The notes under the pieces are model-generated. The model was not told the origin of the DNA. It worked only from the letters and a program-made list of their open reading frames with translations, and ran no database searches. A DNA stretch of 64,000 bases from Nitrospiria bacterium. GTDB lineage: Bacteria > Nitrospirota > Nitrospiria > JACQBZ01. The position numbers and the translations under genes are program-made. Positions 8,842 to 18,522 of the stretch are shown piece by piece; position 1 is the stretch's first letter, and each line of letters begins with the position of its first letter. The stretch spans positions 23,639 to 87,638 of the forward strand of contig DATKAN010000043.1 in the NCBI GenBank assembly GCA_035498035.1, given 5' to 3'.

Positions 8842-8886
8842 GGCCGATAATCCTCCCGTATCAGCGAATACGCTTTATACCGACTT

Positions 8887-9558
8887 TTAGAGACCGATCT
8901 CGATCATGGGCGATAGGATCTTCGCCCCGGTCATTTTCGGGGCCGACTTTACGATCACCCGCCGACCCGAGACCTCCAACCTCTGTTCCGCAATATACTG
9001 TATGGCCTGCGGAAGAATCCGATGCTCTTCCTCCAGGATTCGTGCCGCCAGGGTTTCTTCGGTGTCTCCATCGTAGACCGGCACCGCCGCTTGAATGATG
9101 ATCGGACCCTGATCCATCGATTCATCCACGAAATGAACGGTGCATCCCGAAACCCGGGCACCCCATTCCAACGCTTGTCGGTGGGCGTGAAGCCCGGAAA
9201 AAGCCGGCAAAAGGCTGGGATGAATGTTGATAATCCGATTCTTAAAGGGTTCGATCAATTGAGATGTAATCAAACGCATGTAACCGGCCAGGATTACCAA
9301 ATCAACCTGGTGCTTGCGCAGTAGATCAACGAGGGCTTCATCATACTTTTCACGGCTCGAATAATCTTTGGGATTCAGAAAAAAGGCCGGAACCCGGCTC
9401 CGGCGGGCGTGGTCGAGGGCCGGTGCCTGCGATTTATCGCTGATGACCACCTCCACGCCAGCATCGATCTTGACGGACGAGGCGGCGTCAATGATCGCCT
9501 GAAGGTTTGAGCCGCGGCCAGAAACGAGAATCCCCAACCGAAGCTTGGATTTATTCAT
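8887..9558 (-). CDS. purN: phosphoribosylglycinamide formyltransferase
   Basis: PurN family: GSGSNLQAII-like N-terminus, NIHPSLLP motif and the formyltransferase core. Confidence 0.85.
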   Translation of the reverse strand: MNKSKLRLGILVSGRGSNLQAIIDAASSVKIDAGVEVVISDKSQAPALDHARRSRVPAFFLNPKDYSSREKYDEALVDLLRKHQVDLVILAGYMRLITSQLIEPFKNRIINIHPSLLPAFSGLHAHRQALEWGARVSGCTVHFVDESMDQGPIIIQAAVPVYDGDTEETLAARILEEEHRILPQAIQYIAEQRLEVSGRRVIVKSAPKMTGAKILSPMIEIGL

Positions 9559-10582
9559 AGGAGACTTTTTTCTCCCCGTGGATGACCTTTCCGATTAAAA
9601 ATGCCGGCTCACCCAAACTCTTGAGCCTCTCCATGGCCTGATCGGCCTGCTCGGGTCCGATGACGGCCACCATTCCGATCCCCATGTTGAAGACCCGATA
9701 CATTTCATCGGTGACGATCCCGCCCTGCTTTTCGAGCCATCCAAATACGGCCGGGACGGGCCAGCTCCCCCGTTTGATCCGGGCCTGACACCCTTCTGGA
9801 AGAATGCGCGGAATATTTCCGGTGAGTCCCCCTCCGGTGATGTGGGCCAATCCCTTGACATCCACATCGCGAACCAATTGCAGGACAGATTTGACATAAA
9901 TTTTGGTTGGGGTGAGAAGCTCGTCGCCCAGACGCTGGGTCCATCCGGGGATCCGATCCGTGAGCTTATGACCCGCCACCTCAAACGAAATCTTACGCGC
10001 CAGAGAAAACCCGTTGCTATGCAGACCGCTCGAGGCGAGGCCGATCAAGACATCCCCCGCTTTAATGCGGCTGCCATCAATCACCTGGCCTTTTTCGATC
10101 ACGCCCACCGCAAACCCGGCAAGGTCATAGACTCCCTCCGGATAAAATGAAGGCATCTCGGCCGTCTCTCCGCCCAGCAAGGCGCATCCGGCCTGTCGAC
10201 AGCCATTGACGATTCCGCGGATGATCTCCACTCCGGTCTGGGGCTGCAGTTTGCCGGTCGCGAGGTAGTCCAGAAAGAAAAGCGGCTCGGCGCCCGTTAC
10301 GACCACATCGTTGACGGACATGGCCACCAGATCGATTCCGACCGTATTGTGCCGGTTCATTTCAATGGCGATCCTGAGTTTCGTTCCGACCCCGTCGGTC
10401 CCGGAAACCAGCACGGGGTCTTTATACTTTTTAGCCTCCAGTCCGAACAATCCGCCGAATCCGCCAATATCGGTCAGAACTTCCGGACGGAACGTGGAAC
10501 GAACCAACGGCTTAATCGACCGGACAAACTCGTCACCGGCCTCGATGTCAACCCCGGCCCTCTTATAGGTAAGACGCGGCAT
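9551..10582 (-). CDS. purM: phosphoribosylformylglycinamidine cyclo-ligase (AIR synthetase)
   Basis: PurM family: N-terminal YKRAGVDIEAGDE... and AIR synthase-related domains; overlaps the purN start. Confidence 0.9.
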   Translation of the reverse strand: MPRLTYKRAGVDIEAGDEFVRSIKPLVRSTFRPEVLTDIGGFGGLFGLEAKKYKDPVLVSGTDGVGTKLRIAIEMNRHNTVGIDLVAMSVNDVVVTGAEPLFFLDYLATGKLQPQTGVEIIRGIVNGCRQAGCALLGGETAEMPSFYPEGVYDLAGFAVGVIEKGQVIDGSRIKAGDVLIGLASSGLHSNGFSLARKISFEVAGHKLTDRIPGWTQRLGDELLTPTKIYVKSVLQLVRDVDVKGLAHITGGGLTGNIPRILPEGCQARIKRGSWPVPAVFGWLEKQGGIVTDEMYRVFNMGIGMVAVIGPEQADQAMERLKSLGEPAFLIGKVIHGEKKVSYE

Positions 10583-10823
10583 GGATATGGCTGGGCCCCT
10601 AAAAATAGATTCTAATAATAATACAAGAAAAGCCGAAAAAGATCAACCTCCCCGGGGCACTAAAAACGAGCCAATCTAAAAAATTACCCCCCTCCTGTCC
10701 ATGTCCGGAAATGTCGCCTCCCGGCGGGGGCATGACCCTCCGGTTGTCATTTTTAGGGAATAAACTAAAGCACGGCGAGACTTTTTTTGTTCAAAAATCC
10801 ACAAACAGGTCCTTATAAAGAAA

Positions 10824-10853
10824 GAGGCACGGTCCCTTTCGGTACCGTGCCTC
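10824..10853 (-). terminator. intrinsic terminator candidate downstream of the Met-rich protein gene
   Basis: About 9-bp GC-rich inverted repeat gaggcacgg / ccgtgcctc with ~12-nt loop, followed on the minus strand by TTTCTTTAT; begins about 18 nt after the stop at 10871. Confidence 0.5.
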
Positions 10854-10870
10854 ATTTTAGAAAGTATAGA

Positions 10871-11167
10871 CTACTTCTTCTCCATCTTCATGTCCATCTT
10901 CATGTCCATCTTCATTTCCATGGCCTTGATGGATTTTGCATGTCCATTGGCATCGTCCACTTCGACATTAGCCCCGGCCTTGATATCTCCGGTCTTCTGA
11001 GTCGAATTATCAAAATGGATTCGGTGCTCCTTCCCCTCCTTGTCCTTGACGACATAAAAAGAGCCGTCGATTTTCGTCAGCTCGCCCGTAACCATTCCGG
11101 CCCAACTCATGCTGACAAAAGACAGGACCACAACCCCTACAACCAAACCCAGTAACATTCGCTTCAT
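10871..11167 (-). CDS. small secreted protein with C-terminal Met-rich repeat (MEMKMDMKMDMKMEKK)
   Basis: Signal peptide MKRMLLGLVVGVVVLSFVSMSWA, ~55-aa mature domain, and a C-terminal MxM tandem repeat encoded by a 12-nt tandem DNA repeat. Intrinsic terminator follows. Confidence 0.5.
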   Translation of the reverse strand: MKRMLLGLVVGVVVLSFVSMSWAGMVTGELTKIDGSFYVVKDKEGKEHRIHFDNSTQKTGDIKAGANVEVDDANGHAKSIKAMEMKMDMKMDMKMEKK

Positions 11168-11296
11168 AATGTTTCACCCCCTCTCCGCACTACAATTAAG
11201 TCCGAACTCTGAACAACCCATATCATCATTCAACCATGCGGCAACTTTCGTCAAGTAGATTTAGCCGAAAGTCTCGCTTGCGTCACCGAGCCTGAC

Positions 11297-11608
11297 CTAT
11301 TTCTTTTTCTTAGGAGCCGTTTTGGCGGAGGATTTCGGCGACTTCTTCTGAAGTTCCGCTACCTTGGCCTTAAGGTCTCCATTCTCCTTCTCAAGGTCGG
11401 CATTCTTTTTCTTCATCTCGTCCATTTGAGCCATCGTTTGACCCATCTGGGCCTGCATCCCCGCCTTGTCTTTCGTCATCGTGTCCACCTGCTGCTTCAG
11501 CTTGGCATTTTCATCTTTCAACTGCTTTGATTCACAGCCGGACAAAACAGGCAGAAACAAGAAAGAAAAAATTACCGCTGACAGGATCATTTTCCGCATG
11601 TCATTCAC
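11297..11608 (-). CDS. small lipoprotein with coiled-coil and Met-rich segment
   Basis: Lipobox LSGC after the signal peptide, heptad-like K/E/Q-rich region, and MQAQMGQTMAQMDEM. Confidence 0.45.
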   Translation of the reverse strand: MNDMRKMILSAVIFSFLFLPVLSGCESKQLKDENAKLKQQVDTMTKDKAGMQAQMGQTMAQMDEMKKKNADLEKENGDLKAKVAELQKKSPKSSAKTAPKKKK

Positions 11609-11814
11609 CTCCTCTCTGTTTACTAATTTTCTCGTTCGTATGGTTCTCCGGGCATGCGCCGTCGCTTGATTCAGAGAGCAAAACGGTCATGAGCCATCGG
11701 ACATAATAAAGCATTTTTTATGCCATTTATTAAAAATTCCCATATTGAATATTTCTTTTAATTTTAGGATATTGTGTCAAAGCTGCGAAACATTAATTAA
11801 AATACTCCATACCG

Positions 11815-13227
11815 CTACACCTTTTCTGAGGTCTTGTCTGCCTCATTTGCGGCAAGGATTCCGGGTTTTTTAATTCCGTGCTTTTCCAAACGGTATTGCA
11901 AGGTTTTATAGGTCAGCCCCAGTAGTTTAGCCGCTTTCATGATAATCCAGTCGGATTGCTCCATGGCCTTAAAAATCAATTCACGCTCAAGCTCATCCAG
12001 GGAGATACCTTCAGCGGGCAACTGCAGTCCGAGTCCCGTCATCGGGGACGGCAGCCGGCAGATTTCCGGAGGAAGATCGGCGACGTCGATCACCTCCTGG
12101 CCGCAAAAAAGAACCGCCCGTTCAATGGAGGACTCCAATTGACGAACATTTCCAGGCCACGAATACTCGAGCAGCTTTCGCATGGCCTCACGACTTACGC
12201 CTTGGACCGGCCTTTCCGTTTTTTGGCTGTAGATCCGGATGAAATGCTGTACCAACTCCGGGATATCCGTGCTGCGCTCACGCAACGGAGGAATTTGAAT
12301 CGAAATGACATTCAACCGGTAATAGAGGTCTTCACGGAACAGATCCTTCTTGATCTCCTGATCCAGGCGCTTGTTGGTGGCCGCAATGACACGGACGTCG
12401 ATGGCCGTCTCTTCGGATCCTCCGATCCGCCGGATCTGTCGTTCCTGAAGCGTGCGAAGCAACTTGCCCTGAAGATGAAGACTGAGATCGCCTACCTCGT
12501 CCAGAAAAAGGGTTCCGCCATCGGCCGCCTCGAATAGCCCGATTCGTCGGCCCGCCGCCCCCGTAAATGCACCCTTTTCGTAACCGAACAATTCGCTTTC
12601 GATCAGCGTATCGGGAATGGCGGCGCAATTAATCGCCTGAAAGGGTTTATTCTTCCTCGCGCTATTGAAATGAATGGCACGGGCCAAGAGTTCCTTTCCC
12701 GTACCGGACTCCCCGTTGATCAGGACGGTCGCGGTGCTGTTCGATATTTTCTTAACCACATCAAAAACTTCCTGCATCCGGGGATGATTTCCTATTATGT
12801 TATTTATATGAAATTTTTCTTGAAGTTGTTGTCGGAGCCGGCTGTTTTCTTTTATGAGAGAGATCTTTTCAAAGGCCCGTTTTACCGCGATCAGCAGTTC
12901 TTCCCGCTCCAGCGGTTTGGTGATGTAATCCAATGCCCCCAGCTTCATCGCCTCGACCGCCGAATCAATCGAACCGTGGGCCGTCATGATGATTACGGAC
13001 GCGGACGGGTTCAACTGAAAAATCTTTTGAACGATCCCTAAGCCCTCCGTATCCGGCAGCTTCAGATCCGTCAGGACCACATCATATTCCCCGTTTTGGA
13101 ATTTACCCACCGCCTCCTTTGCGGTCGAGGCAAGATCCACTTCATATTTTTCAGACCGGAGAATGAGCCCCATAATTTCACGCTGGGACCGCTCATCATC
13201 AATCACAAGGATATTGCCCGGCTTCAC
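11815..13227 (-). CDS. sigma-54-dependent response regulator (NtrC family)
   Basis: Receiver domain (ILVIDDE...DVVLTDLKLPD), AAA+ sigma-54 activator domain (GESGTGKE, GAFTGA, ESELFGYEKGAFTGA) and C-terminal HTH. Probable GTG start at ~13227 overlaps the kinase stop (GTGA); the ORF is open to 13296. Confidence 0.85.
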   Translation of the reverse strand: MKPGNILVIDDERSQREIMGLILRSEKYEVDLASTAKEAVGKFQNGEYDVVLTDLKLPDTEGLGIVQKIFQLNPSASVIIMTAHGSIDSAVEAMKLGALDYITKPLEREELLIAVKRAFEKISLIKENSRLRQQLQEKFHINNIIGNHPRMQEVFDVVKKISNSTATVLINGESGTGKELLARAIHFNSARKNKPFQAINCAAIPDTLIESELFGYEKGAFTGAAGRRIGLFEAADGGTLFLDEVGDLSLHLQGKLLRTLQERQIRRIGGSEETAIDVRVIAATNKRLDQEIKKDLFREDLYYRLNVISIQIPPLRERSTDIPELVQHFIRIYSQKTERPVQGVSREAMRKLLEYSWPGNVRQLESSIERAVLFCGQEVIDVADLPPEICRLPSPMTGLGLQLPAEGISLDELERELIFKAMEQSDWIIMKAAKLLGLTYKTLQYRLEKHGIKKPGILAANEADKTSEKV

Positions 13228-14696
13228 GCATGTACTCCTTCCATGGGAAGGGATATGGTGACGGTCGTTCCCATCCCCTTCACGCTGGCGACCCAAATGG
13301 TTCCGCCATGCTCTTCCAAAACCCGTTTTGTCAACGCCAGTCCCAGTCCGATGCCGAGTTTCTTGGTCGTAAAATAGGGTTCGAAGATCTTTTGAAGGTG
13401 GTCCGCTTCGATGCCGCAGCCGGTATCTTCAAAATGCACCAGGACTCGGCTGTTCTCGTCGTCCATTTGTGCATGAATCCGCAACACCCCCCCCTGGCTC
13501 ATGGCCTGAAGCGCATTGACCGTGATGTTCACAAAACAGTTTTTGATCTGTTCCACATCGACCAACACCCGCGGAAGATCGCGAATGCCCCGAGTCTCAA
13601 ATTGAACCCCTTGATCCGCTCCCTTGGGGAGGGCCAATTGGAGGACATCGGACAAAATGGCGGCCAAATCGGCCGATTGCATCTGCAGGCGAATCGGTTT
13701 CCCAAAATCAAGAAAATTTTCGATCATTCGGTTCAGCCGATGAATTTCGGTCTTGATGTTGACGACCAGTTTGTCGATTTCTTCCTTATCAATAAAACGA
13801 GCCCGATCCAACTGGACGCGCAAATGATCGATGGAGAGGTTGATCAGATTCAAGGGATTGCGGATTTCATGGGCGATCCCGGAAGCCAATTGGCCGACGG
13901 CCGAGAGATGTTCCGCATGGCGCAGGCGGCCTTCGAGGGATTTCTGCAGCCGGAGCTTTTCCACCATTTCATTGAAGCTTCGGGTCAGCTCGCCGATCTC
14001 CTCTCCGCCCCCCTGTACGACCAACGGAGTGCTCAAATCGCCGGCCGCAACGTTTTTGGCCGCTTCCACAACCTGTTTGATGGGACGGGTGTATCGCCAC
14101 GCCAGATAGAACGAGAGGAAGATCCCCATCGAGAATATCGCGATATGCACGGCCAGACGTGTATAGAAGCTTCGCCGGATCAGGCGGTTAAAATCATCCA
14201 TGATCATGATGATATGGACATAACCCAACTGCTCCCCACCGACAACGATCGGGACCAAAATGTTATAGGGCTTCTGGTCTTTTTTCGTTCCGGCGTCCTC
14301 TCCGATCCGTTCTGTAATGATCAGATCGCGATGCTTGGGATCCGGAGATCGCTCTTTCCGATGAGGATTTGAACTGGCGATGACTTGATTTTCGTTGCTC
14401 AGAATGGAAATTTCCTTTACCCCTTTCTTATTGAGCCGCTTGACGTAATCTCTCAAACGGGCCTCGTCCGTGGCCCCGTGCGTCGTCAGCTGTTCGACGC
14501 TGATCTGGATCGCCGTCGTCAGGTCCTCCGTGTCGGCCATGATTTCTCTGACGACCGCTTGCTCGGTCAGCCAGTAGAAGGCCAAGGAGGCCATCAAGGA
14601 TAACAACAAAAGCGAGAGCATCATGAGGAGAAGCTTGGTATTGAGCCGGAGATGCTCCAAGCGATTGGAGATAGTTCTCAATGCGGATCTTACCAT
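13224..14696 (-). CDS. sensor histidine kinase (periplasmic sensor, HAMP, HisKA, HATPase)
   Basis: Two TM helices flanking a ~130-aa periplasmic region, HAMP, H-box (SGIAHEIRNPLN), and N/G boxes (DTGCGIE, GLGLAL). Confidence 0.85.
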   Translation of the reverse strand: MVRSALRTISNRLEHLRLNTKLLLMMLSLLLLSLMASLAFYWLTEQAVVREIMADTEDLTTAIQISVEQLTTHGATDEARLRDYVKRLNKKGVKEISILSNENQVIASSNPHRKERSPDPKHRDLIITERIGEDAGTKKDQKPYNILVPIVVGGEQLGYVHIIMIMDDFNRLIRRSFYTRLAVHIAIFSMGIFLSFYLAWRYTRPIKQVVEAAKNVAAGDLSTPLVVQGGGEEIGELTRSFNEMVEKLRLQKSLEGRLRHAEHLSAVGQLASGIAHEIRNPLNLINLSIDHLRVQLDRARFIDKEEIDKLVVNIKTEIHRLNRMIENFLDFGKPIRLQMQSADLAAILSDVLQLALPKGADQGVQFETRGIRDLPRVLVDVEQIKNCFVNITVNALQAMSQGGVLRIHAQMDDENSRVLVHFEDTGCGIEADHLQKIFEPYFTTKKLGIGLGLALTKRVLEEHGGTIWVASVKGMGTTVTISLPMEGVHA

Positions 14697-15397
14697 TCAT
14701 GATCCTCCGTGAGACTTAATCCGAGACACCCGAGGACCTCCCGGAAGGGAATCCTCCCTTCGCGGATTAGGCGGGGGGGGTGAAACGTGGCATCGACAAT
14801 CGTGGAACTGTTTCCGCCACTTGTCTCCCCCCCATCGACAATGAGATCGAGATGCGTGCCCAGCGTTTCATGGACCTTCGAAGCCGTAGTGGCCTCGGGG
14901 TGGCCCGAAGGGTTGGCGCTTGTGGCCGTGATGGGTTGAGCGGCGGCCCGCAGAAGCTGCAAGGCCACCGGATGGGACGGAATCCGGATGCCGATTTTTC
15001 CGGTCCCCCCCGTCAGCGCGGAGGGCAGTCGCGGGGAAGCGGCCAATAAGAGCGTCAAAGGCCCCGGCCAGAACTTTCGGATGAGATTCCAGGCCTCCGG
15101 GGAAACGGCCACGATGATCCCTTCAGCCTTTTTGATGTCGTCGACGACGATTAGGATCGGCTTTCCTGCCTCCCGCCCTTTGACGACAAAAAGCCGCTCA
15201 ACCGCGGCTGAATTGAACGGGTCCACCCCCAAACCGTAGTAGGTCTCGGTCGGAAAAGCGATCATTCCACCCGAACGGATCCAATGGACGGCCTGTCCGA
15301 CCGCGTCCAGAGAGGGGTCGGAATCAGGGTGCACTGGATCAATTTTGACGACCCGCCCTTTGAATCCGTCTTGCTTTGGCTTCAACTTCTTCCTCAA
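14690..15397 (-). CDS. tsaC: L-threonylcarbamoyladenylate synthase (TsaC/YrdC/Sua5 family)
   Basis: YrdC-domain motifs (IAFPTETYYGLGVDP, SANPSG). True start is probably internal (GTG near 15334), since the ORF 5' end overlaps the purE 3' end. Confidence 0.7.
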   Translation of the reverse strand: MRKKLKPKQDGFKGRVVKIDPVHPDSDPSLDAVGQAVHWIRSGGMIAFPTETYYGLGVDPFNSAAVERLFVVKGREAGKPILIVVDDIKKAEGIIVAVSPEAWNLIRKFWPGPLTLLLAASPRLPSALTGGTGKIGIRIPSHPVALQLLRAAAQPITATSANPSGHPEATTASKVHETLGTHLDLIVDGGETSGGNSSTIVDATFHPPRLIREGRIPFREVLGCLGLSLTEDHEW

Positions 15398-15848
15398 GTT
15401 TATCTTTATAGTTTTTAATTTTTCGTGCTAATTCCTTATCGCCCACCCCCAATATTTGAACGGCCAGGATGCCCGCATTCTTCGCCCCGGCCTTCCCGAT
15501 AGCCATTGTTGCGACCGGAACCCCTCCCGGCATTTGCGCTGTCGAGAGAAGAGCGTCCAGACCGTTCAAGGAGGACGAATCGATCGGAACACCGATAACG
15601 GGCCGTGTCGTATGGGCCGCCACGGTACCGGCTAAATGGGCCGCCCCGCCTGCGCCCGCGATAAAGATCTCCACGCCCTTTTTCTCCGCCTCGGAAATAT
15701 ATCTCCGGGTCCAATCCGGAGAGCGGTGGGCCGAAGTAATGGCCAGTTCATGGGCCACACCGAAATTACCCAGCACCTCCGCCGCCTGTTCCATCACGGT
15801 CAAATCCGATTCACTGCCCATGACGATGCTGACCAATGGTTTTCGCAA
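15339..15848 (-). CDS. purE: N5-carboxyaminoimidazole ribonucleotide mutase
   Basis: PurE family (VSIVMGSESDL, GAGGAAHL). Confidence 0.9.
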   Translation of the reverse strand: MRKPLVSIVMGSESDLTVMEQAAEVLGNFGVAHELAITSAHRSPDWTRRYISEAEKKGVEIFIAGAGGAAHLAGTVAAHTTRPVIGVPIDSSSLNGLDALLSTAQMPGGVPVATMAIGKAGAKNAGILAVQILGVGDKELARKIKNYKDKLEEEVEAKARRIQRAGRQN

Positions 15849-15929
15849 TCGATTGCCTCCTTGAACTCCCGTTTGAACAGGGGACCCCCTGCCTTGATTT
15901 ACGTAATATAACCTTCCATGGTCTGTGGG

Positions 15930-16883
15930 TCAAGTCTTGACCGCATGGACAGGATGGGAGATAAACACCCACCCGAGGCCGCCAAGGACATTAAGCGAGG
16001 TATTCAGGATCAACCAGAGAACGGCAAAAGCCAAGGCCTGAGGGTTCGCAACCCCCGCCTGGGTCAAAAAATATACGTATGCGCCCTCTCGAACACCCAA
16101 GCCGTTCAAGCTGATCGGAACCATACCGGCCACGGTTACCAGGGGGATGAAAACAAAATAATATTCCCATGGGACGGAGACGTTCACCGCCAGACCGATG
16201 ATCATGCTGATGATAACGACGGACAGTTGGATAAAAAATGAGGCCGCAAGCGATGCCGCCATGAACCGAGGATTTTCCCAGTAGCGATAGGGCAATTCAT
16301 ACCTCCTCAAAAAACCTGGAAATGCAAATGGGATAAAAAGACCCAGTATCAGCAAGGCCGTCGCACCCAGTATGAAGGCGGTCATCCAGACCGGGACCGT
16401 CACCGAGCCGGCCAGCGATAGGGCAAAGGAGGTGATGCACAGAAGGGCGGTCATCCCGCTGATCCGATCGGCCAGGATAGTCGTCATCGCGCGCAGGATG
16501 TCGCTGCGACCCCCGGCTAAATAGTAGCATTTTCCGAGGTCACCCCCGATCGAAGTTGGAAGAAAGAGGTTGAAAAATAAGCCGACAAAGTAAAAAGCGG
16601 CCAGGCGACCGAAGGATTGCCGATAACCCTGAACCCGCGCCATAACCTGCCAACGAAGGATTCCGACAAACTGCAGCCCGAAAAAGCTGACCCAGGCCAG
16701 CACAAAATAGCCGACATGAAGATTCTGCAGCACGTGCCCCACCGAAGGGAGATCGATTTTTGAAAACAGAAAGCCGAGTAAGCCCAGACTGACGATCGCT
16801 TTCAGAGAGGTCGTCAGCCATCGGCGAGGCCCGGGCGATGGCGGAATGGAAATCGCGATTTTAGAAATTGGTGGCCAGGACAT
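15930..16883 (-). CDS. flippase-like integral membrane protein (lysylphosphatidylglycerol synthase TM-region / UPF0104 family)
   Basis: Polytopic membrane protein with composition typical of this family; overlaps the ArnT-like gene upstream. Confidence 0.6.
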   Translation of the reverse strand: MSWPPISKIAISIPPSPGPRRWLTTSLKAIVSLGLLGFLFSKIDLPSVGHVLQNLHVGYFVLAWVSFFGLQFVGILRWQVMARVQGYRQSFGRLAAFYFVGLFFNLFLPTSIGGDLGKCYYLAGGRSDILRAMTTILADRISGMTALLCITSFALSLAGSVTVPVWMTAFILGATALLILGLFIPFAFPGFLRRYELPYRYWENPRFMAASLAASFFIQLSVVIISMIIGLAVNVSVPWEYYFVFIPLVTVAGMVPISLNGLGVREGAYVYFLTQAGVANPQALAFAVLWLILNTSLNVLGGLGWVFISHPVHAVKT

Positions 16884-18522
16884 AGCCTCCCTGCTCCGAG
16901 CGGATGATCAGCTGAGGCATGGTATCCAAGACCGGGACCAAATGGATTTGGCTCAACACCACCGCACGGCCATGAGCCGATAAAAATCGGCGCAGGTCTT
17001 CCTCCTGCTTTGACTTAAAGATGACCGCCCCTCTGCGGGCATAAAACAATATGCTGGGTTTTTTCAGCCCGAAGACCACCAGAGGTTCCTCGGGACGAAT
17101 CCACCCGCGCGTTTCTTGAGTCAGGTTTCGCAACGGCACTTGAATATAGGAACTGACGGATGGAATGAAGTCGAACAGCAAGACAAATACAAAGACTCCC
17201 ATCATGAGAACCAACACCATAAAACCCGCCCACTGCCTCCCGAGGCGCAGCAGCGCATAGTAGGTCATCACCCCGATCAAGGGAACCCCGGCCATGACCA
17301 TCAACACCCCGTTCAACTCAATCGGCTGGGCCAGGAAGGGCGCCAAGGCTCCGAATTTTACCCGTGCCCATTCGATCCCTTGGGGAATAGACAAAATCAG
17401 GACGGCCGTAATCAGAGTCAGGCCGACCGTAAAGCCCATCGTAAGTCGGTCTTCCACCCGGACCGTTGACGGTGCCGCATCCATTCTCCGGTCCATATAA
17501 CGGGCCACCCAAATGGCCAAAGCCGGAACGGCGGGTGCGATATAGCTGGGAAGTTTGGTGCCGGCCAAGGTAAAGAAAAGGAAGACGACCGCGACCCATA
17601 GCAGAAGAAACCACTCCAACGGATGGTTCGCCGGAAAGAGCCGGAGATTTTTCCATCGCTCCGATAAGTCCTTGCCGGGGAACATGGAAACAACGGAAGC
17701 GGGAAGGAACGCCACCCATGGGAAAAAACCAATCGCCAGGATTCCCAGATAATAGAACGGGGCCCCGGCATGGCCTCCGAGAACGGACGTGAACCGCTCG
17801 ATATTATGGTGCAGGAAAAAAGATTTCCAAAAAGCCTCGCCGTGAAGGCGAAACATCGCCGCATACCACGGCAGGGCGATGGCGCCGAAGATCAAAATAC
17901 CCCATCCCGGTCGAAGATCAAGAATCAGTTTCCATCGGGGGCCAACGGTGAGGATGAAAAGAAAAATCGTCATTCCCGGCAGAACAAGGCCGACCGGACC
18001 TTTGGTCAAAACCGCCAGGGCGGCGCCCAGATAAATCCCGACGGCCCAGAGGGCGCGCTCTGTTTTGTAGAGCAGGTAGTAACTGGCCAGCGAGACCGTG
18101 ATAAAAAAAACCAAAAGCATATCGGTCAAGGCGGCATGGGATAGCGCTACCATCTCAAGATTACTGGCCAGGATGAGCATCGCCAACAATCCGGCTCTGG
18201 GGCTCGCGACCCGCCGGGTCAAACCATAGGTCACGACCAGCAGCGCGAGACCGAAGACCGCGGATGTCAATCGAGCCGCAAATTCGGACGGCCCGAAAAT
18301 CTTGAAGGCCGCTCCCATGAACCAGTACAGCAGAATGGGCTTTTCGTAAAAGGGCGAGTAATTAACCTGCGGAGTGATCCAATTACCGGTCTCAACCATT
18401 TCCCGGGTGGTTTCGGCGTAAATCGCCTCGTCCAAATCAAACAGCGGCACGGCCCCGAGCTGATAGAAGAAAAGAAACCCTCCCAGCATCAGCGCCGGCC
18501 AGAAACCGGTGTTTCGGGTCAT
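16861..18522 (-). CDS. ArnT/PMT-family glycosyltransferase (GT39/GT83, polyprenyl-phosphate-sugar dependent)
   Basis: N-terminal FFYQLGAVPLFDLDEAIYAETTREM...YSPFYEKPILLYW pattern characteristic of ArnT/PMT transferases; 553-aa multi-TM protein. Confidence 0.7.
   Translation of the reverse strand: MTRNTGFWPALMLGGFLFFYQLGAVPLFDLDEAIYAETTREMVETGNWITPQVNYSPFYEKPILLYWFMGAAFKIFGPSEFAARLTSAVFGLALLVVTYGLTRRVASPRAGLLAMLILASNLEMVALSHAALTDMLLVFFITVSLASYYLLYKTERALWAVGIYLGAALAVLTKGPVGLVLPGMTIFLFILTVGPRWKLILDLRPGWGILIFGAIALPWYAAMFRLHGEAFWKSFFLHHNIERFTSVLGGHAGAPFYYLGILAIGFFPWVAFLPASVVSMFPGKDLSERWKNLRLFPANHPLEWFLLLWVAVVFLFFTLAGTKLPSYIAPAVPALAIWVARYMDRRMDAAPSTVRVEDRLTMGFTVGLTLITAVLILSIPQGIEWARVKFGALAPFLAQPIELNGVLMVMAGVPLIGVMTYYALLRLGRQWAGFMVLVLMMGVFVFVLLFDFIPSVSSYIQVPLRNLTQETRGWIRPEEPLVVFGLKKPSILFYARRGAVIFKSKQEEDLRRFLSAHGRAVVLSQIHLVPVLDTMPQLIIRSEQGGYVLATNF

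Noticed and set aside
10877-10920. 12-nt tandem direct repeat (catcttcatgtc x3) as a possible CRISPR or VNTR element
   Set aside because: The repeat is in-frame coding sequence for the MKMDMKMD tail of the small secreted protein; no spacer/repeat architecture, no cas genes.
11609-11814. Sigma-54 promoter (TGGCAC-N5-TTGC) in the AT-rich spacer upstream of the lipoprotein gene
   Set aside because: The only GG/GC pairs seen have the wrong spacing (about 14 nt rather than 10); the same was true upstream of the Met-rich gene. Not confident enough to annotate.
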